Of a stretch of 64,000 bases of DNA, positions 9,323 through 18,118 are shown piece by piece. The stretch comes from Chthonomonadales bacterium (lineage in GTDB: Bacteria > Armatimonadota > Chthonomonadetes > Chthonomonadales > CAJBBX01). A program made the translations under genes and the position numbers. Location of the stretch: positions 1 through 64,000 of the forward strand of contig JBBIPC010000018.1 in NCBI GenBank assembly GCA_037443035.1, given 5' to 3'. The notes under the pieces are model-generated. The model worked only from the letters and a program-made list of their open reading frames with translations. It was not told the DNA's origin and did no database searches. Within the stretch, counting starts at the first letter, position 1. Each line of letters opens with the position of its first letter.

Positions 9323-10375
9323 ATGGCACAGAAACTCAAGGTTGGCGTCATCGGAGTGCGAGGCATTGCCAACACCCACTTTCCAGGCTGGAAGGAGAGT
9401 CCCTACAGCGAGGTCATTGCTCTCGCTGACGTGGATGGGGAGGTCCTACGCCGGCAGGGCGAGGCCCAGGGCGTCTCCCTGCTCTATGAAGACCCACGGG
9501 ATCTCATTGCGAATCCCGATATTGACATCGTGGACATCTGCACGCCCAACATGTATCATGCGCCTCTGACGATTGCCGCGCTGGATGCCGGCAAGCATGT
9601 CCTCTGCGAGAAGCCTCTCGCCCCCACACCCGATGAGATCCGGAGAATGATCGAAGCTCGGGACCGAAGCGGCAAGCTGCTCATGACGGCCCAGCATTTC
9701 CGGTTCGACGGAGCCGCCAGGGCGCTGAAGGCTGAGATCGAGAACGGCGCGCTCGGTGATGTGTACCACGCACGCTCGTGGATGCTTCGCCGCTCAGGTG
9801 CACCCACTCGTCCCACATTCGTCGAGAAGAAACACAGCGGGGGCGGACCGTGCATAGACATAGGTGTGCATATCCTCGACCTCACGCTCTGGATGATGGA
9901 ACATCCTAAGCCAGTAGCCGTCTCCGGCGTCACGCAAGATCGGTTACGCCGTCTGCCCGGAGCCTTCAGCAACTGGGGAGGACCGATTCCGGAGAACTGG
10001 GACGTCGAGGAGTTCGCTGCAGCGTTCGTTCGCTTCGACAACGGCGCCACGCTTGTACTCGAAGTAGCCTGGCTGCTGAATCACCCTAAGACGCATGGCG
10101 AGGACATGCAGATGTGGCTCTATGGCGACCGCGGCGGCGCACACTGGCCACAGAACCTGATCCTGAAGACGGACAACACGACAAAACAGCACTTCGACAT
10201 CCAGCTCCAGAACAAACCCGGCGGCGAGCCCCATGCGCTGGAATGTATGGCCTTCGCCGAAGCCGTTGCTACCGGCGCACCGTCACCAGTGCCGGCAGAA
10301 CAGTCGTTGGATGTGATTACCATCCTGGACGGTCTCTATCGAAGTGCGGCCATGGGGGCCGAAATAAGGCTGTAG
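9323..10375 (+). CDS. Gfo/Idh/MocA family oxidoreductase
   Basis: Rossmann VGVIG, DIVDICTPN, GKHVLCEKP and GGGPCIDIGVHILD. Confidence 0.92.
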   Translation: MAQKLKVGVIGVRGIANTHFPGWKESPYSEVIALADVDGEVLRRQGEAQGVSLLYEDPRDLIANPDIDIVDICTPNMYHAPLTIAALDAGKHVLCEKPLAPTPDEIRRMIEARDRSGKLLMTAQHFRFDGAARALKAEIENGALGDVYHARSWMLRRSGAPTRPTFVEKKHSGGGPCIDIGVHILDLTLWMMEHPKPVAVSGVTQDRLRRLPGAFSNWGGPIPENWDVEEFAAAFVRFDNGATLVLEVAWLLNHPKTHGEDMQMWLYGDRGGAHWPQNLILKTDNTTKQHFDIQLQNKPGGEPHALECMAFAEAVATGAPSPVPAEQSLDVITILDGLYRSAAMGAEIRL

Positions 10376-10785
10376 AGTCAGGAGACGGCGTGTCGAACCC
10401 GCCCGTCGTCCGGGCAGGACACGGAACAGGTCGAAACGAGTCGTAACCGTACGGCACGCCAGCATCCTTGCGTCCATCGGCTGCAGCACTCTCCGCAGCG
10501 AAGGCGTGATGCGCCGGTCGGCACCAGAGAACCGGGCGACTCGGCTGGCCCGAAACTAAGCGCTGACCGGCCTCGCACTGCCGGGCGCCGTGTGACTGGC
10601 GCGAACGTTCCTAGCTTTCTCGCATGGCATGGACGCAGCATCCGCCGCGTTGGCATCACGCGCCTGCACGCCCCTGGGGTTTCCTCGTCCCCTCCATCTG
10701 GTGCTCGAGCATCTCCCGAGTCCATGTCCGGCGCCGCAGCTGCATCGGAATACACCACCAATGCACCCAAAGTTGCTGGAATATC

Positions 10786-10814
10786 TTGCATGCTCTGGCA
10801 GATTACGGTATAAT
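10786..10814 (+). promoter_or_regulatory. Sigma70-type promoter for the DeoR/pilin-like catabolic locus
   Basis: TTGCAT (10786-10791), 17-nt spacer, TATAAT (10809-10814) in an AT-rich patch. Confidence 0.8.
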
Positions 10815-10845
10815 ATGATAGATTGTGGTGATATACGATGATGTT
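10796..10845 (+). repeat. Five adjacent degenerate 10-bp direct repeats, putative DeoR operator
   Basis: TGGCAGATTA|CGGTATAATA|TGATAGATTG|TGGTGATATA|CGATGATGTT, consensus YGRYRnWnTn, overlapping the -10 box and likely start site. Confidence 0.5.
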
Positions 10846-10863
10846 GCCCATGAGGACGCTCAC

Positions 10864-11697
10864 ATGAGGCCATCAGAACGCATCCGCCCCGGCGAGGGTC
10901 TGCGCAGGCATCTCCTCGGCCCCGAACGTCGTCGGCGCATCGCCGCGTGGGTGGACCGACATGGTGCTGCAAACGTCGGGCAGTTGGCTGAGGCTCTGGG
11001 TGTCGGCGCCAACACAATCCGTCGGGATCTGGACGTACTCGCCCAGGAAGGCAAGCTCATTCGCTCCCATGGTGGTGCCGTCGCCTGCGAGAAGCCTCTG
11101 ACGCGACTCCCGTATGTGCAGGTTCGTCATGAACATGCCGAGGAGAAGAGCTGGATTGCCCGCGCGGCTCTCGAGCTCTTGCCGGAACATGGCTCTGTGT
11201 TCCTTGCAGATGGCACCACGGTTCAGGCGTTCGCTCTGGAAATCCCCCGTGAGACGCAGGTGCACGTGGTCACCAACTCGGTGCAGATAGCCGTCCGCCT
11301 GATCACCGAAACTGGCGCCACCGTGGAGCTCCTAGGCGGCAAGGTCCGCCCGGAACTCCTGGCAACCGACTGCAGCCTCGCCACCGAGGCCCTAGAGACC
11401 CTCTTCTGGGACATTGCATTCGTCGGAGCGGCGGCTTTGGACGTTACTTCTGGCATTACTGAACGAGATGCTGTCGAAGCCAGACGCCAGCGGAAGTTCA
11501 TGGAGCGCGCCACTCGTGTTGTGGCGCTGTGCGATTCCTCGAAGTTGGGTCGATGCTCTTATGCCCGTGTCGGTCCACTTACCCTACTGGACGTAGTTGT
11601 GACCGATTGGAAGGCCCCGAAAGAAGTCGTGCGTGCCTTTCACGAGGCCGGCGTCGAAGTGGTCCTCGCCGAGCCTCCAACAGCACCTGGAGAGTGA
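10864..11697 (+). CDS. DeoR/GlpR family transcriptional regulator
   Basis: HTH ERRRRI...LAEALGVGANTIRRDL..L..EG.LIRSHGGA, then EK..IAR.A, DGTT, VVTNS and CDSSKLG. RBS GAGGA before ATG 10864. Confidence 0.93.
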   Translation: MRPSERIRPGEGLRRHLLGPERRRRIAAWVDRHGAANVGQLAEALGVGANTIRRDLDVLAQEGKLIRSHGGAVACEKPLTRLPYVQVRHEHAEEKSWIARAALELLPEHGSVFLADGTTVQAFALEIPRETQVHVVTNSVQIAVRLITETGATVELLGGKVRPELLATDCSLATEALETLFWDIAFVGAAALDVTSGITERDAVEARRQRKFMERATRVVALCDSSKLGRCSYARVGPLTLLDVVVTDWKAPKEVVRAFHEAGVEVVLAEPPTAPGE

Positions 11698-11742
11698 TTC
11701 TGCCCACCAACACTTACCATGCGACACAGAAAGGAGTGTGCT

Positions 11743-12507
11743 ATGGCAAGGCGTCAACAGGGGTTTACACTCATCGAATTGCTCGTCGTCATTGCGATCA
11801 TCGCCATACTGGCGGCGATCCTCTTCCCGGTTTTCGCACGAGCGCGCGAGCAGGCGCGAACGGCCAGCTGCATTTCCAACATGAAGCAGATTGCTCTCGC
11901 TACGCTCATGTATGCCCAGGACTACGACGGGTACTTCCCGTGCCTCGATGTCAATCTTGCCTTCAGTACAGGGGACATCTACTCAGACATGTACAAGGGT
12001 GTGGTGGCGCCGCCGGATGCCGGTTGGCTCGACTACGTCCTGAAGTACGGCCTGGGCACTCAGTTGTACCCCTACATGAAGAACCGAGAACTCTGGCGGT
12101 GTGCCAGCGACAGCAACGCGCGGGGTACGCCGCAGATCGGCTACCGGAGCTCGAGCTACCTGTACCAGTTCATGGCCTCGAACGCTGGAGCAGCCCACAC
12201 CTGGTGGGGAGCGGCCTTCCCGTACCCGTGGCACGAAACCAGCACGAACTACCCATCCCAGTTCAAGATGTTCAGCGAAATGAACCCGTGGCACGACAAT
12301 CGATTCGTGCCCAATCCATGGGACTGGTATGCGTGCTGGCAGCCCGATACGAAGATGAACTTCGCGTTCTTCGACGGTCACGTGAAGACCTATCCGGTGG
12401 ACAGAGTTCTGTGGCGGTATCCAACAACCGATCCCTATCCGTGCTACGACTACATCTGGCCGAAGTACGGCTGGCCAAATCCACCTGAGTTTCACGACCT
12501 TCAGTAG
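11743..12507 (+). CDS. Prepilin-type N-terminal cleavage/methylation protein with DUF1559/H-X9-DG-like C-terminus
   Basis: [64 protein letters not shown] and [19 protein letters not shown]. Confidence 0.93.
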   Translation: MARRQQGFTLIELLVVIAIIAILAAILFPVFARAREQARTASCISNMKQIALATLMYAQDYDGYFPCLDVNLAFSTGDIYSDMYKGVVAPPDAGWLDYVLKYGLGTQLYPYMKNRELWRCASDSNARGTPQIGYRSSSYLYQFMASNAGAAHTWWGAAFPYPWHETSTNYPSQFKMFSEMNPWHDNRFVPNPWDWYACWQPDTKMNFAFFDGHVKTYPVDRVLWRYPTTDPYPCYDYIWPKYGWPNPPEFHDLQ

Positions 12508-12618
12508 GCTGACACCATCTAGAAGCGAGGGCGGATGGGTCGTCCGCGAGCCGTACCAGCAAACAGGAGTGAACCCGAATGCCCTCCGTCCTCGCGCGTA
12601 TCTGGACCGGGAAGGGAG

Positions 12619-12873
12619 ATGATGACGGAATTGCGGAATAAGGAGATTCCTTTGCCAGTGGCCATTGGCATACTGGTGGTGGTCTTGCTCATCGTTGGAG
12701 TTATGTTGTGGAGCAGAACCGGTCCCGGGGCCCAAGCCGAACAGACAGAACGACGATTGCGAGCAGCGTTCGGAGTGAGTCGCCCAGGCCCAGGCGTGGC
12801 GCCTCAGCCAGGCGGACGTCCCGCGGGCCCAATGGCGCCAGCTCCAGCAGGCGGTGCGCCGATAGGACGCTAG
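12619..12873 (+). CDS. Small single-pass membrane protein with Pro/Gly-rich tail
   Basis: RBS GAAGGGAG. KEIPLPVAIGILVVVLLIVGVMLW is a TM segment. Directly follows the prepilin-like gene. Confidence 0.7.
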   Translation: MMTELRNKEIPLPVAIGILVVVLLIVGVMLWSRTGPGAQAEQTERRLRAAFGVSRPGPGVAPQPGGRPAGPMAPAPAGGAPIGR

Positions 12874-13025
12874 AGGGACCAGGACTGCGGCTACGGTCTG
12901 TCGGTCGAAGCGGACAGCGCTAGGGCCGCGGTCCACGGCGCGCTGGCCGATGATGAAGGAGGACATGCTGACACGCCGGCGGTCCTCAGGTGACACCGGC
13001 AGTGTCTGACACAGGGAGGAGCGCA

Positions 13026-14399
13026 TTGACAACTCAGACGATCCCGTGGTGGCGAATTGGAGTGGACTTGAGCAAAGTGCCGAATATGGTCACCGAAAGC
13101 CCAGGTCCCAAGTCGCGGGCTATGCACGCCCGTGCCGCGGATATCATCCGTGGTCTATCCTCGCAGGTCAAGCTCCATCCGGTGTGCTTCGCCGAAGGTT
13201 ACGGCGTGGTTCTCAAGGATGTAGACGGCAACACTTACCTCGACTTCTCGTCGGGCATCTATGTGACGACGCTCGGCCATTGCCATCCCAAGGTCTCTGA
13301 AGCCGTGGCGAAGGCGGCGCATACGCTCATGAACTGCCATGACTTCACCACTCCCCTCAAGACCGAACTCCTGGAGAAGCTGGTCGCGATCATGCCGCCA
13401 GGGCTGAACGGTGTCCAGCTCTACGACTCCGGTACCACTGCTGTCGAGGCGGCACTGCGAGCGGCTCGGGCGTACACGGGAAAACACGAGTTCCTGAGCT
13501 GCTACATGGACTTCCACGGCAAGACCGGCCACGCGGTCAGCCTCGCTAAGATGAATCCCACGAACGGTTCGGCACGAGCCCAGGGTTTTCATCTCGTGCC
13601 GCGACCGAATCCCTATCGTCCCATCTTCCGCAACGGTGACGGCACAATAGATACAGACGCGTACATCGCCTTCTACGAGGACTTCATAGACAACGTGACG
13701 ACAGGTCAACTCGCCGCCTTCGTTGTGGAGCCCATCCAGGGGTGGGCCGGCTCCGTCATGCCGCCCGATGACTTCTTGCCCAAGCTTCGGGCCCTGTGCG
13801 ACCGACGGGGAATGCTCCTCATCGCAGATGAAGTACTCACCTGTATGGGCAGAACTGGCAAGTGGCTAGCCATGGAACACTGGAACACTGTGGCGGACAT
13901 AACGACGCTGGGCAAGGGCTTCGGCAACGGTTTTCCTGTGACCGCCATGGTTGCCCAGGAGGACATCAAGCCCTCTTTCGACAAGATCTCCGCCTCCACT
14001 AGCTACGGCGGCAATCCCATGGCGTGCGCCGCCGCACTAGCATCCATCCGGGTGATCGAAGAGGAAGGGCTGCTCGAGAACGCGCAGCGTCTCGAGAGCT
14101 TCTTCCTAGGGCGAATGGAGCGCATGAAGGAGGCCCATCCCATCATCGGCGACGTACGAGCGAAAGGGTGTCTGCTGGGGATCGAGCTAGTCAAGGACCG
14201 CACAACCAAGGAACCCTTTGACGAGGCAGGGAAGGTGGTCTACCGAAAGGCATTCCAGAAGGGCCTTGCTTGGATACCCGCCGGCCACATTCTGCGCCTT
14301 TCGCCACCCATCATCATGGACGAGGAGATCGCAGCCAAGGGTATGGACATCGTGGACGAGGCTATCTTCGAGACGGAACGAGAACTGGGATACGCATGA
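13026..14399 (+). CDS. Class III PLP-dependent aminotransferase (GabT-like)
   Basis: DVDGNTYLDFSSG, LGHCHP, SGTTAVEAAL, FHGKT, EPIQG, IADEV...GRTG, LGKG (PLP lysine) and SYGGNP. TTG start after GGGAGGAG chosen; the ORF track starts at 12990. Confidence 0.92.
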   Translation: MTTQTIPWWRIGVDLSKVPNMVTESPGPKSRAMHARAADIIRGLSSQVKLHPVCFAEGYGVVLKDVDGNTYLDFSSGIYVTTLGHCHPKVSEAVAKAAHTLMNCHDFTTPLKTELLEKLVAIMPPGLNGVQLYDSGTTAVEAALRAARAYTGKHEFLSCYMDFHGKTGHAVSLAKMNPTNGSARAQGFHLVPRPNPYRPIFRNGDGTIDTDAYIAFYEDFIDNVTTGQLAAFVVEPIQGWAGSVMPPDDFLPKLRALCDRRGMLLIADEVLTCMGRTGKWLAMEHWNTVADITTLGKGFGNGFPVTAMVAQEDIKPSFDKISASTSYGGNPMACAAALASIRVIEEEGLLENAQRLESFFLGRMERMKEAHPIIGDVRAKGCLLGIELVKDRTTKEPFDEAGKVVYRKAFQKGLAWIPAGHILRLSPPIIMDEEIAAKGMDIVDEAIFETERELGYA

Positions 14400-14887
14400 C
14401 GACGACCGGAGCCGACTGGACAGCCAGCTTCGAGCTACAGGGCGCGGAACGTGAAGCCGCCATCCGCGAGGCCGAGATCATCATCGCCGAGTGGGGGCTG
14501 ACAATGCCTGCCGTAGAGCCACTTCCCCTCCACTTCGGCCTCGGTGAGTTTCGCCGGATCGGTGAGACGGAGTGGTGGATCGTGAACGACACTGAGAATA
14601 GGTACTGTGGCAAGTTCCTGTTTCTGTTCGAAGGCCAGCGGTGCCCAGAGCACTATCACCGCATGAAAGACGAGACGTTCTTCGTCGTCCGCGGCTCGCT
14701 ACAGATGGACGCTGGCGGTACCGCCGGCATTCTCCGTCAGGGAGATGTGTTCCGGGTCAGGCCAGGCACTCCGCATTCATTCATGGCTGTCGAAGGCCCG
14801 GCCCTAGTTCTCGAGGTGTCCTTGCCGTCGGTTTCAGGTGACAATGTGTTCTCCGACAAGCGCATCGGCAACGACGGCGTGATCTAG
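14396..14887 (+). CDS. D-lyxose/D-mannose isomerase family cupin
   Basis: FGLGEF..IGE.E.WIVN....YCGKFLFL..GQ.CPEHYH..KDETF and DNVF. ATGA overlap with the aminotransferase. Confidence 0.8.
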   Translation: MTTTGADWTASFELQGAEREAAIREAEIIIAEWGLTMPAVEPLPLHFGLGEFRRIGETEWWIVNDTENRYCGKFLFLFEGQRCPEHYHRMKDETFFVVRGSLQMDAGGTAGILRQGDVFRVRPGTPHSFMAVEGPALVLEVSLPSVSGDNVFSDKRIGNDGVI

Positions 14888-14890
14888 GAA

Positions 14891-16195
14891 ATGCCTGGCA
14901 CGTGCGTTCTTGCGTTGGATCTCGGGACAACTGCATTCAAGGCAGCACCGGCGAGCACGAGCGGCCTCTGCGGTCCCGTGAGTGTCGTACCGTATGCCGT
15001 GGAGTACGGCCCAGATGGAACGGTAGTCTGCGGGGCCGACCTCTACAAGCGCCTGGCATTCCGGGCCCTCAGAGCTGCTGCGCGGACTGCTCAGGAGCTG
15101 GGATACAGCGTAACGGCCATCGGGATTTCCTCCCAGGCACAGACGTTCGTACCCGTGGATGCTCGGAACCGCCCCACCTCCCACGCCGTCGTGTGGACTG
15201 ATACTTCCGCCGTCCAAGAGGCCGACAGCGCTGCGGCGTCTCTCCCGGATTTCGCCGAGACGTGCGGCTTCCTACGCCCAAGCCCGCTCCAGTTCCTGCC
15301 CAAAGTGGCGCGCTATCTCCGAAACTGTGGCCGCTGCCATCGCTTCCTGCTGCTGAACGAATGGATCGCTTACTGCCTGACAGGCCACGCGTTCGGCGAT
15401 GCGTGTCTTCAGGGAATGGGCGGTTTCTGGGACATCCGTCGAGGAACATGGAACGAGCGGGCGCTGGCTTGGGCTGGTATTGGATCGCAGTGTCTTGCAC
15501 CGGTCCAGGGCGCAGGTATTCCAGCCGGCCTCGGCCTGACCCAAGCCGCAGCCAAGACCCTCGGGTTGGCGCACGGTATTCCTGTCTACTCTTGCGGGAA
15601 TGACCAGTCATGTGCCGCTATCGGTGCCGGTGCGCTACATCCGGGCGATGTCTTTGCCAACATGGGCACGGCCATGGTGGTGTACGTTGTCAAGGACGAA
15701 CCGCCTGTACCGACGCGTCTGGATCAGATTGCCGGCGTGAGTCCGCTACCCAACAAGTGGTACTTGCTCGGTGTCGTGTCCGAGTGCGGGAACGTCGTCG
15801 AATGGCTTGTAAGGCTCCTCGACCGTCGTGGCGACATCGGGTTAGCTTTGGAGCGTGCCCTAGAGAAGCGCATCCGAACCGGGCTCTCAGCGTCCGTGCG
15901 CCTACACGGCGGCGGCATACTGGACCTCCGGCACTTGCAGGTGGGCATGGAAGCACCGGAAATCCTGCGGGCTGTGCTGGACTACTATTCCAGACGATTT
16001 GGTCAGCTGCTAAATGGCATCTGTCCTCAGCGCCCCCGACGGTTGATCGCCGGCGGCGGGTTGTCGCGCAGCCCGTCGTGGCTCCGGCATTTGACCCAGC
16101 AACATGGAGTCGAGATGATTCCGGCACCCATGGAACATCCGGGGCTAATGGGCATTGCGCGGGTGGTATCGCTCTTAGGCGAAGAAACCACCTAG
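14891..16195 (+). CDS. FGGY family carbohydrate kinase
   Basis: LALDLGTTAFKA, IGISSQAQT, VWTD, GNDQSCAAIGAG, MGTA and GGGLSRS. Confidence 0.85.
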   Translation: MPGTCVLALDLGTTAFKAAPASTSGLCGPVSVVPYAVEYGPDGTVVCGADLYKRLAFRALRAAARTAQELGYSVTAIGISSQAQTFVPVDARNRPTSHAVVWTDTSAVQEADSAAASLPDFAETCGFLRPSPLQFLPKVARYLRNCGRCHRFLLLNEWIAYCLTGHAFGDACLQGMGGFWDIRRGTWNERALAWAGIGSQCLAPVQGAGIPAGLGLTQAAAKTLGLAHGIPVYSCGNDQSCAAIGAGALHPGDVFANMGTAMVVYVVKDEPPVPTRLDQIAGVSPLPNKWYLLGVVSECGNVVEWLVRLLDRRGDIGLALERALEKRIRTGLSASVRLHGGGILDLRHLQVGMEAPEILRAVLDYYSRRFGQLLNGICPQRPRRLIAGGGLSRSPSWLRHLTQQHGVEMIPAPMEHPGLMGIARVVSLLGEETT

Positions 16196-16211
16196 CATCA
16201 GGGAGTGTGTC

Positions 16212-17021
16212 ATGGAGCATAGGTTCGAGTACCTCACGTCCGAGCAGCTCAAGTCCTTCATCCAACAGAAGGCGCTCCTGATTCTGGGTATCGGCACTGT
16301 CGAAGAGCATGGCGCGCATCTGCCGACAGGCACGGATTGGTTCATCACCCAGCGGTTCATGGACGATCTGTGTGCGTACCTGAAGTCCCATGCGAGTATT
16401 CCGTTCCTATCGCTACCGGCCATCTGGACGGGCTACTCCGCCGTGGAAATGCAGCGCTGGCCTGGAACCATCCGGATGAGCACCCGGACGGTCATGAACA
16501 TGATGCGGGAGATACTCGGATCCCTCTGCCAGATGGGCTTCGACAAGATCCTGATCCTGAACGGCCACGGTCATCACACCGAGCTCCTGAGAGTGGTGGC
16601 CAGAGAGATTGCTGATGACCACGGCGTCTACCCTGCAGTCTCCAACTTCCTCTACCTCGGAGCCGACGAGTACAACGCGGTTAGGAGAGGAGCCTCAGGA
16701 GGCAGCATCCATGGTGGGGAAGACGAGACCTCCGTCATGCTTTACTATGGCTATCCCGTGGACGTCTCGCGGTACACAGACGTTGACCACGTGACCTACC
16801 ACTCCGAGTTTGTTGCAGGTGACAACTTCATAGGTTCCACCAAGGTCTTCTGGTCCACGTGGTACTACCATCCGAGCAAGACGGGCCTCCTTGGTGATCC
16901 GACGCCTGCATCCGCCGAGACCGGTCGCATTCTCATGGAAGCCTGCGTACGCAAGCTCGCGCGATTTGCCGAGGAATACTGGAGCCACCGCCCGCAGCGC
17001 AACGACTCCCCCGTGCCATGA
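16212..17021 (+). CDS. Creatininase family amidohydrolase
   Basis: GTVEEHGAHLPTGTD, GYS, PGTI, NGHGHH, HGGEDETS and G.LGDP..ASAETG. Confidence 0.88.
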   Translation: MEHRFEYLTSEQLKSFIQQKALLILGIGTVEEHGAHLPTGTDWFITQRFMDDLCAYLKSHASIPFLSLPAIWTGYSAVEMQRWPGTIRMSTRTVMNMMREILGSLCQMGFDKILILNGHGHHTELLRVVAREIADDHGVYPAVSNFLYLGADEYNAVRRGASGGSIHGGEDETSVMLYYGYPVDVSRYTDVDHVTYHSEFVAGDNFIGSTKVFWSTWYYHPSKTGLLGDPTPASAETGRILMEACVRKLARFAEEYWSHRPQRNDSPVP

Positions 17022-18118
17022 CCGAACGCCAACGCCTGCAAGCCGTCTTGTCGGGCCGGATACCGGACTGCACACCGTGGTACGGTGACCTGAGCTGGTG
17101 GTATGCAGCCCATTCGGCTCGTGGTACGTTACCTGAAGCATACAGCGGCGACGAAGGCTATCTCCGCATGCATCGAGACGCAGGCGTCGGTATCTATCTT
17201 TTCGCGCCGATGCTGTGGACGGAGACCTACGATGACACGGTCGAGATGGTGGTGTCCCGCGAGGGCACGCAGACCGTCACCGTTCTTCGAACACCGGTGG
17301 GCCAGGTGCGCAGTGTTCTGGAAGACTTGCCCGAGTCGGGCACCTCCGCCTACGTGGAGCACTTCGTCAAGTGTCCCCAGGACCTGCGGGTCATGGAGTA
17401 CGCGTTCACCCATCGTCGCATGGAGCCGGCCTACGCTGCGTTCCAGGACTGCGATTGTCGGTGGGGAGACGCGGGAATGGCTGCCGTCCTGACCCCCGTG
17501 TGCACGTCGGCGCTCCAGACCCTGATGACTCGATGGGCCGGGGTGGAGACGACTATTGCTCTCTGGGCTGACGCTCGGCCAGACCTGGAAAGAACTATAG
17601 GCGTACTCCAGGAGAGCGACGATCCCATCTTCGATCTGATCTGTCACGGCCCGGGGCGGCTCGTGGTATTCCCCGAGAATCTCTCGGGCGAGATCACCAG
17701 CCGGTGGATGCTTCGGACTTATGCGTTGCCATACTGGCGCAGACGTCTGGGGCAACTCCATGATGCTGGCAAACTCGCTGGCATCCATAACGACGGCACC
17801 CTGCGTGGTTCCTTACCCATCCTGATGGAGGCCGGGTTCGACTTCATCGAATCTGTGACGCCAGCGCCGGTCGGTGACATGACGCTGGAAGAGATCCGCG
17901 ATGCCACGGCTGGCTGCGTGCTCATTTGGGGAGGTCTGCCCGGAGCGCTGTTCTCGCCCATCACTTCCCATACCATGTTCGATGAGTTCGTACGCCACGT
18001 GCTGAGCACTTTTCCCCTAGACTCGCGATTCGTGCTCCGTGTAGCTGACCAGGTGCCGCCGGATGCGCACTTCGAACGCGTTTGCAGAGTCAGGGAGATC
18101 CTGGATGGGTTGCGATGA
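17018..18118 (+). CDS. Uroporphyrinogen decarboxylase (UroD/MtaA-like) fold protein of unknown activity
   Basis: MTERQRL.A.L.G..PD..PW, TPVG, EHFVK...DL, ENLS, HNDG, PAPVGD, IWGG and ADQVP. ATGA overlap. Confidence 0.75.
   Translation: MTERQRLQAVLSGRIPDCTPWYGDLSWWYAAHSARGTLPEAYSGDEGYLRMHRDAGVGIYLFAPMLWTETYDDTVEMVVSREGTQTVTVLRTPVGQVRSVLEDLPESGTSAYVEHFVKCPQDLRVMEYAFTHRRMEPAYAAFQDCDCRWGDAGMAAVLTPVCTSALQTLMTRWAGVETTIALWADARPDLERTIGVLQESDDPIFDLICHGPGRLVVFPENLSGEITSRWMLRTYALPYWRRRLGQLHDAGKLAGIHNDGTLRGSLPILMEAGFDFIESVTPAPVGDMTLEEIRDATAGCVLIWGGLPGALFSPITSHTMFDEFVRHVLSTFPLDSRFVLRVADQVPPDAHFERVCRVREILDGLR

Noticed and set aside
10378..11017. Minus-strand ORFs 10378-10863 and 10556-11017
   Set aside because: They run through the promoter or the deoR gene, lack RBS and motifs, and look non-coding.
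11529..12488. 319-aa alternative-frame ORF over the prepilin-like gene
   Set aside because: Low-information Arg/Ser/Gly-rich translation. The other frame carries the prepilin motif and an RBS.
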